Translations under genes and position numbers: made by a program
Notes under the pieces: model-generated
Told to the model about the DNA's origin: nothing
What the model saw: the letters and a program-made list of their open reading frames with translations, nothing else
Database searches by the model: none
Shown: positions 6,919 through 11,512 of the stretch, piece after piece
Layout of the letters: the number at the start of each line of letters is the position of its first letter
Position numbering within the stretch: the stretch's first letter is position 1
Assembly (NCBI GenBank): GCA_049517335.1
Contig: JBEKSD010000028.1
Span: 1-11,512 of the forward strand
Direction of reading: 5' to 3'
DNA: 11,512 nt
Source of the DNA: Candidatus Omnitrophota bacterium
Lineage (GTDB): Bacteria; Omnitrophota; Gorgyraeia; Gygaellales; Profunditerraquicolaceae

Positions 6919-7034
6919 CGATGTCTGGGTCAAGAGAAGCGGACACCCGTATCTCTCACTGTAGTAATAAGTTAGAGAATTTTTGGTCAAAAAAGACCGG
7001 ACAAAACGGACACAATTTCGCCCATTTTTGTCCG
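6919..7034. repeat. Intergenic element B, second full copy
   Basis: Ungapped 81/116 match to 2515-2630, including identical gaccggacaaaacggaca and tttttgtccg. Confidence 0.85.
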
Positions 7035-7109
7035 CTCAATAGTCGAAAAATGACTGCTTACGATTCCAAAAATCATCGAGGAATTCTATCTCTGAGCTCG
7101 AAAAATTTC

Positions 7110-7138
7110 TTGATATGATAGGGTATTGTAGTTATAAT
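7110..7138 (+). promoter_or_regulatory. Sigma70-type promoter upstream of the Tad operon
   Basis: TTGATA (7110-7115), 17 bp, TATAAT (7133-7138). Confidence 0.65.
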
Positions 7139-7257
7139 ACATCCATATAGATAAGAAATACTTCCCCGTATTACTACGGGAAAGGGCTAATAGTTTTAAG
7201 ATTTCTCTTGCAATTTTTTTTGCTTTATGATACAAATAAAATAACTAAGGAGGAGTA

Positions 7258-7500
7258 ATGCGGGAACATTTAGGATTTTTAAAGGCGTCCAGCGCAGTGG
7301 TAAAAGTTACTGCCTGGATTTTTTTATTGCTTGGGCTTTTAGGGGGAGTTGCAATAGTTTTGGGTGTGGTGCCTGACCATCCCAGATGGATGGGTATTAT
7401 CATAATCGCGGTGTATGCCTTTTTGTTCTTTTTTCTTTACCTGATGGCTAAAATCGCGGACCTTCTAATCAAAATTATAAACGAAATTAAAAAGGAATAA
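7258..7500 (+). CDS. Small two-TM membrane protein, first gene of the Tad operon
   Basis: SD AAGGAGG; two hydrophobic helices; 18-nt gap to the next gene; no prepilin G|xxxxE motif. Confidence 0.75.
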   Translation: MREHLGFLKASSAVVKVTAWIFLLLGLLGGVAIVLGVVPDHPRWMGIIIIAVYAFLFFFLYLMAKIADLLIKIINEIKKE

Positions 7501-7518
7501 TTTCTAAAAGGAGCAAGT

Positions 7519-8427
7519 ATGAAACTTAAAATAACCGTTTTTTTATTGTTTTGTTTGTTTTCCGTTGGAATCCTTGGTTGCGACAAGATTAAGTCTGAGA
7601 TGTTCCAGAAAACCGTGGCCAAAAAATCCACTAAAGTTGTTACGATAAAAGGACCTGTTGTTGCCCGGATTAACAACGTCCCCGTAGGTTTAGAAGATTT
7701 AAATCAGGAAATCGATTCTTATAATGCTTCTGTACCGGCGGATAAACCGGAAGCAAAGATTACAACCAGAGAGCAGAAAATTAATTATCTTAAAAATGAA
7801 GTTATCCGCCGCATGCTTCTTGCCCAGCATGCAACCGATCAAGGGCTCGATAGGAACGAAGAGGTTGTGAGGGCGCTTGAAAAAACAAAGACCCAGCTTT
7901 TAGTGCTGGAATTAGTAAAACAGGAAACTGCAAATGTAGACGTTCCTTCAAAAGAGATAGAGGATTATTATAATACATATAAAGAACAACTAAAGAAACC
8001 TGAAGAAAGGCAGCTGCGCGAGATTTGTCTTTCGACTGAGCAAGAAGCCAAAGATATTGCAATCCAGCTTTTACAGGGCGGAGACTTTGCGACATTGGCT
8101 AAAGATCATTCAATAACGCCGAGTGCTAAAAACGGTGGAGACCTTGGTTTTATAGCAAAAGGAAAGAAATCGGCACAATTTGATCAGGTTGCTTTTTCCG
8201 GTGCACTGGAAGTCGGCGGGATCAGCAGTATTTTTAAGAGCCCGGACGGATATTGCGTATTAAAACTCGAGGCTAAAAAGGGAGGAGAACTGCGTTCGCT
8301 AACCGAGATGTGGGATGATATAAAACGCGGGTTGACATTCTTAAAGCAGCAGCAGAAAATTGAGCAATTGATAGGCACACTTTCCCGGGAAGCCAAAATA
8401 GAGGTTTATGAAGGGGAGATAAAATAA
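7519..8427 (+). CDS. Parvulin-type peptidyl-prolyl isomerase lipoprotein (PrsA/SurA-like foldase)
   Basis: Lipobox ILGC; SurA-N-like VVARINN...DLNQEI...LLAQHA...GLD; rotamase motif GGDFATLAKDHS...AKNGGDLGFI...FDQVAF...IS...KSPDGY. Confidence 0.9.
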   Translation: MKLKITVFLLFCLFSVGILGCDKIKSEMFQKTVAKKSTKVVTIKGPVVARINNVPVGLEDLNQEIDSYNASVPADKPEAKITTREQKINYLKNEVIRRMLLAQHATDQGLDRNEEVVRALEKTKTQLLVLELVKQETANVDVPSKEIEDYYNTYKEQLKKPEERQLREICLSTEQEAKDIAIQLLQGGDFATLAKDHSITPSAKNGGDLGFIAKGKKSAQFDQVAFSGALEVGGISSIFKSPDGYCVLKLEAKKGGELRSLTEMWDDIKRGLTFLKQQQKIEQLIGTLSREAKIEVYEGEIK

Positions 8428-9347
8428 TGCTACCACAAATAGGCAAGCCCAAGCTGATGATAATTGTCGGAGTCATTTTGATTTTGATGGCGACTTTCTT
8501 AGCTTATAACTGGCTGTCAGAGCAGAGAAGGATGGATGAAGAAAGAGCGGCAATAGCATATAAGAAAATGCAGGCTACTCAGATTACGGTCCTCGTGGCT
8601 AAAGAAGATATTCCCAAGGGCGTGGTAATAAACCCAACTTCCATCGGCACTAAAATCGTTCCGCAGGACTATGTCCAGCCTCAGGCAGTTACTTCTTTTG
8701 ACAGGATATCTGGTATGGTCACCACCGCCGATATTTCTCAAGGAGAACAGATATCCTTGACAAAACTCGTACCTGAAAAACAAGCTGGCGGCGGAGCATT
8801 GTCGGGTTTAACGCCGGCAGGGAAAAGAGCGGTTACTATTTTGGTAGACAATATTTCTTCAGTAGCCGGGTTAGTAAAACCCGGAGATTATGTTGATGTC
8901 ATGGCGGCTTTACAAGTACCTGTGCAGGTTACAGGAGGTAAACAGGAAGGCCAGTTGGGTATTCTGCCTTTATTCCAGAATGTTTTGGTTCTAGCCGTAG
9001 GGCAGAATTCTTCCACCGTTTCTTCCGGCCACGGAAGCCGTTATCAGAAAAAAGAAGATGAAAGTGGCAATACTCAAGAAAGTAGTAATCAGCTGATTAC
9101 TTTGGCTCTTGCGCCGCAGGAGGCAGGTTTAATTGCTTTTGTACAGGAGCAGGGCAAAATCCGTCTTATATTGCGCTCCCCGGCTGATGCAAAGGTTGAG
9201 CAAATACAACCGGCAACGTGGGAAACATTATTTAGATATTTAATGCCGCAAAACCAGGTGCAGGAAACTGTCAAACAGGAAAATCCCGATGATTACGTCG
9301 AGGTTTACCACGGATTGAATAAAGAACGGGTTCTTAAATTAAAATAA
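8427..9347 (+). CDS. cpaB: Flp pilus assembly protein CpaB (RcpC)
   Basis: N-terminal TM helix; SAF domain VLVAKEDIPKG...ADISQGEQI; RcpC motifs GKRAVTI.VD..SSVAGLVKPGDYVDV, QNVLVLAVG and ITLALAPQEA...GKIRLILR. The start overlaps the PPIase stop (TAATG). Confidence 0.93.
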   Translation: MLPQIGKPKLMIIVGVILILMATFLAYNWLSEQRRMDEERAAIAYKKMQATQITVLVAKEDIPKGVVINPTSIGTKIVPQDYVQPQAVTSFDRISGMVTTADISQGEQISLTKLVPEKQAGGGALSGLTPAGKRAVTILVDNISSVAGLVKPGDYVDVMAALQVPVQVTGGKQEGQLGILPLFQNVLVLAVGQNSSTVSSGHGSRYQKKEDESGNTQESSNQLITLALAPQEAGLIAFVQEQGKIRLILRSPADAKVEQIQPATWETLFRYLMPQNQVQETVKQENPDDYVEVYHGLNKERVLKLK

Positions 9348-9360
9348 ATTAAGGAGATAA

Positions 9361-10944
9361 ATGAAGAGACTATCCGGAATAGCTTTTTTAGTAATGTTAC
9401 TTTTGACGGTTGTTTCCTTTAAAGGTTACGCTTTGGATGATACCGGAGAAGAAGTAAAACTTTATATGGGAGAGGTCAAATTCGTCTTGGCGAGTAATCC
9501 AAATCGGGTGGCAATAGGCAATCCTGCAATTGCTGATGTTGCCAGCGTCAGCAGAACCGAAGTGGCCATTACTCCCAAATCCGTCGGTAACACTACTTTA
9601 GTAATATGGGATAATTTCGGTGAGCAGTCATATACGATAAGGGTCTTCGCGGAAAATACCACCGAAACAAAACGCCGGGTAGACGCGTTAATAGAAAAAC
9701 TTAATCTCCCTGAAGTTTATACCAAGGCAGACGATGACGAGGCAAAGGTTATTATATTGGGCAAGGTAAAGAACAAGGAGAGTAAAGAAAGAATAGCGAC
9801 TATTTTAGGCAAATTAAAAGATAAAACAGTTGACCTCACGTCTTTAAAAGAAGAAGAGACAGTTATCGAGATCGATACTCAGATATTGGAGCTTCAAAAA
9901 GGCGTAGAGCAGAACTTAGGGTTTCAGTGGCCGACGTCCCTTAGTCTTACTGAAAGTACGTCGAGCAGTGTCACTAGGGCATGGGGTAGTTTATTCAGGG
10001 TTTCACCAATTACAAACACCACCCCTTTCACGATGACTTTAAATACCCTCATACAGGAAAACAAGGTACGTGTTTTGAGTCGTCCCCGGGTTTCCTGTTT
10101 AAGCGGTAAAGAGGCGAAGCTTTTAGTCGGTGGTGAAGTTCCGGTTTTAAGCGGGACAGTTACTCCCGGAGCTGGTACTAGCGGAGGCGTGGCAGCAACT
10201 CCCGGCAACGTTGAATATAAGGAGTATGGTATCACGCTCAATATAAAGCCGCGCGTTGATGAGTTAGGGCGAATCCGATTGGGTTTAGATTTAACTGTCA
10301 GCGAACTCGGGCAGCAGATTTCTACTGCATATGCCCTTGCTTATACATTTACAAAGCGTAACGCTACCACTGAGCTTTATCTTGATGATGGGGAAACCGT
10401 TGCCATAGGCGGTTTAATCAAACACAAAACAGAGGAAGATTTAAGGAAGTTTCCTTGGTTGTCTGAAATCCCGGTGTTAGGGGCATTTTTTAGAAATAAG
10501 CATACTTTGGAAGGTGGAGGCCTCTCAAGTAACAGCGACACCGACTTATTTATTACACTCACCCCCCATATTGTAAGGCAGGAGATGAAACCGGAAGATA
10601 AAGACCGGACAATCAGAAATGTTACTCCGGTTGTATCTAGCGAAGAAACCATGGACCCGGTGACAAAATATGCCAGAATAATCCAGCAACGTATCTTGGA
10701 GAATTTGACATATCCGCAGAATGCAAGACAAGCAGGATTCCAGGGCACTACGCGCCTGCGCCTGAAGCTTTCTTATCAGGGCGAACTATTGGATGCAGAG
10801 GTTAAGAGCAGTTCCGGCTATAAAGTTCTCGACGATAACGCGGTAAATACCGCCAAAATGTCGCCCTCGTATCCTCCTTTCCCGCCCACAATAAAAGATA
10901 AGGAAATTTGGGTTGAAATTCCGGTAATTTATCAATTAGAATAA
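9361..10944 (+). CDS. cpaC: Tad secretin CpaC/RcpA with a fused C-terminal TonB domain
   Basis: Signal peptide; pilus-secretin N domain (RVAIGNPAIADV...GNTTLVIWD); BON-like segment; secretin core (RVLSRP..SGKEAKLLVGGEVP, YKEYGITLNIKP, DGETVAIGGLI, KFPWLSEIPVLGAFF, LFITLTPHIV); last ~95 aa TonB_C-like. Confidence 0.9.
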   Translation: MKRLSGIAFLVMLLLTVVSFKGYALDDTGEEVKLYMGEVKFVLASNPNRVAIGNPAIADVASVSRTEVAITPKSVGNTTLVIWDNFGEQSYTIRVFAENTTETKRRVDALIEKLNLPEVYTKADDDEAKVIILGKVKNKESKERIATILGKLKDKTVDLTSLKEEETVIEIDTQILELQKGVEQNLGFQWPTSLSLTESTSSSVTRAWGSLFRVSPITNTTPFTMTLNTLIQENKVRVLSRPRVSCLSGKEAKLLVGGEVPVLSGTVTPGAGTSGGVAATPGNVEYKEYGITLNIKPRVDELGRIRLGLDLTVSELGQQISTAYALAYTFTKRNATTELYLDDGETVAIGGLIKHKTEEDLRKFPWLSEIPVLGAFFRNKHTLEGGGLSSNSDTDLFITLTPHIVRQEMKPEDKDRTIRNVTPVVSSEETMDPVTKYARIIQQRILENLTYPQNARQAGFQGTTRLRLKLSYQGELLDAEVKSSSGYKVLDDNAVNTAKMSPSYPPFPPTIKDKEIWVEIPVIYQLE

Positions 10945-10948
10945 GACT

Positions 10949-11512
10949 ATGGCCAAGAAAATAGTAATATTCAGCACAAAAGGCGGTGTGGGTAAAACTT
11001 TTGTTGCCACTAACCTTGCTGTATCGCTTGTACAGAATCAGGGGCAGCGTGTATGCTTAATAGACCTTGATGTGCAGGTTCCTGGCGATATGGCTAGGAT
11101 GCTTAACCTCAATCCTTCCAAATCCATGTCCGATTTAATGGGCATGTTAAGAGCACATCCACAAACCGTTAAGAAATCCGATTTTATTATTAAGACGCAA
11201 TTCGGTATAGATTTTCTTCCTGGGGTTCTTAGGCCGCAGCAGGCGGGTAATTTTGAACCTGCGATTCTGAAAGAAGCCCTTAACTTTATCGACAAAGATT
11301 ATGATTATATCGTGATAGACGCCGGTAAAAGCTTAAGTAATATTTTCGTCTCCGTATTGAATCAGGCAAACCTTATTCTTCTTATCGCTACTCCCGATTT
11401 GGTGGCAATTTACCAGACAAAATGGATATTAGATACCCTGCAGTCTTTGGGCCTGCCGCTAGTGATGATCCAATGCGTTTTAAACCGGGCGGAGTCTGTT
11501 TCAGGGATCAGC
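10949..11512 (+). CDS. cpaE: TadZ/CpaE-like MinD/ParA-family ATPase, 3'-truncated by the window edge
   Basis: ATG10949, four nt after the secretin stop, open to the window end (188 codons): MAKKIVIFSTKGGVGKTFVATNLAVSL...RVCLIDLD...YDYIVIDAG...LLIATPDL...VLNRA. Position after cpaB-cpaC fits tadZ/cpaE. Not in the ORF track. Confidence 0.85.
   Translation, partial: MAKKIVIFSTKGGVGKTFVATNLAVSLVQNQGQRVCLIDLDVQVPGDMARMLNLNPSKSMSDLMGMLRAHPQTVKKSDFIIKTQFGIDFLPGVLRPQQAGNFEPAILKEALNFIDKDYDYIVIDAGKSLSNIFVSVLNQANLILLIATPDLVAIYQTKWILDTLQSLGLPLVMIQCVLNRAESVSGIS

Noticed and set aside
6921-7118. 65-aa ORF MSGSREAD...TGQNGH...FCP as a real gene
   Set aside because: It coincides with element B, and the homologous frame in copy 1 (ATG2517) hits TAA after 12 codons. 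More likely non-coding, although a decayed ORF family is not fully excluded.
7258-7500. Flp pilin
   Set aside because: No G|xxxxEY prepilin motif, and two TM helices rather than one.
701-11295. Remaining short minus-strand ORFs and the + strand ORFs 2314..2592 and 3923..4105
   Set aside because: They are shadows of well-supported genes or cross repeat/promoter DNA, with no recognisable motifs.
1-11512. Transposase, integrase, tRNA or rRNA genes
   Set aside because: None recognisable in the window, so mobility of the repeat-bounded modules remains an inference.

Overview
Bacterial window with all supported genes on the + strand. The left ~7.1 kb looks accessory and holds four modules. (i) The 3' end of an ArsR-family regulator, a small DUF2934-like ORF and a secreted internal-repeat protein, closed by an intrinsic terminator. 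(ii) An oxidative-stress operon: DUF134/UPF0251 regulator, a stand-alone 41-aa desulforedoxin (missing from the ORF track) and rubrerythrin, with a perfect 20-bp palindrome over its promoter. (iii) A DUF3108-like exported protein. (iv) A membrane-bound GAF histidine kinase with a 51-bp tandem duplication of its start region, followed only by a stub of the next gene. The spacers between these modules are not unique: they are mosaics of shared, ungapped ~70-80% identical elements with paired CGGACA boxes, an IHF-like site and sigma70-like promoters. The right ~4.3 kb is the start of a Tad/Flp pilus operon: small membrane protein, parvulin lipoprotein, CpaB, an RcpA/CpaC secretin fused to a TonB C-terminal domain, and a receiver-less TadZ/CpaE-like ATPase that runs off the window. 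Gene content suggests an anaerobic diderm; Candidatus Omnitrophota is a guess, not shown by the sequence. All family calls come from motif recognition by eye and all identities were counted by hand.
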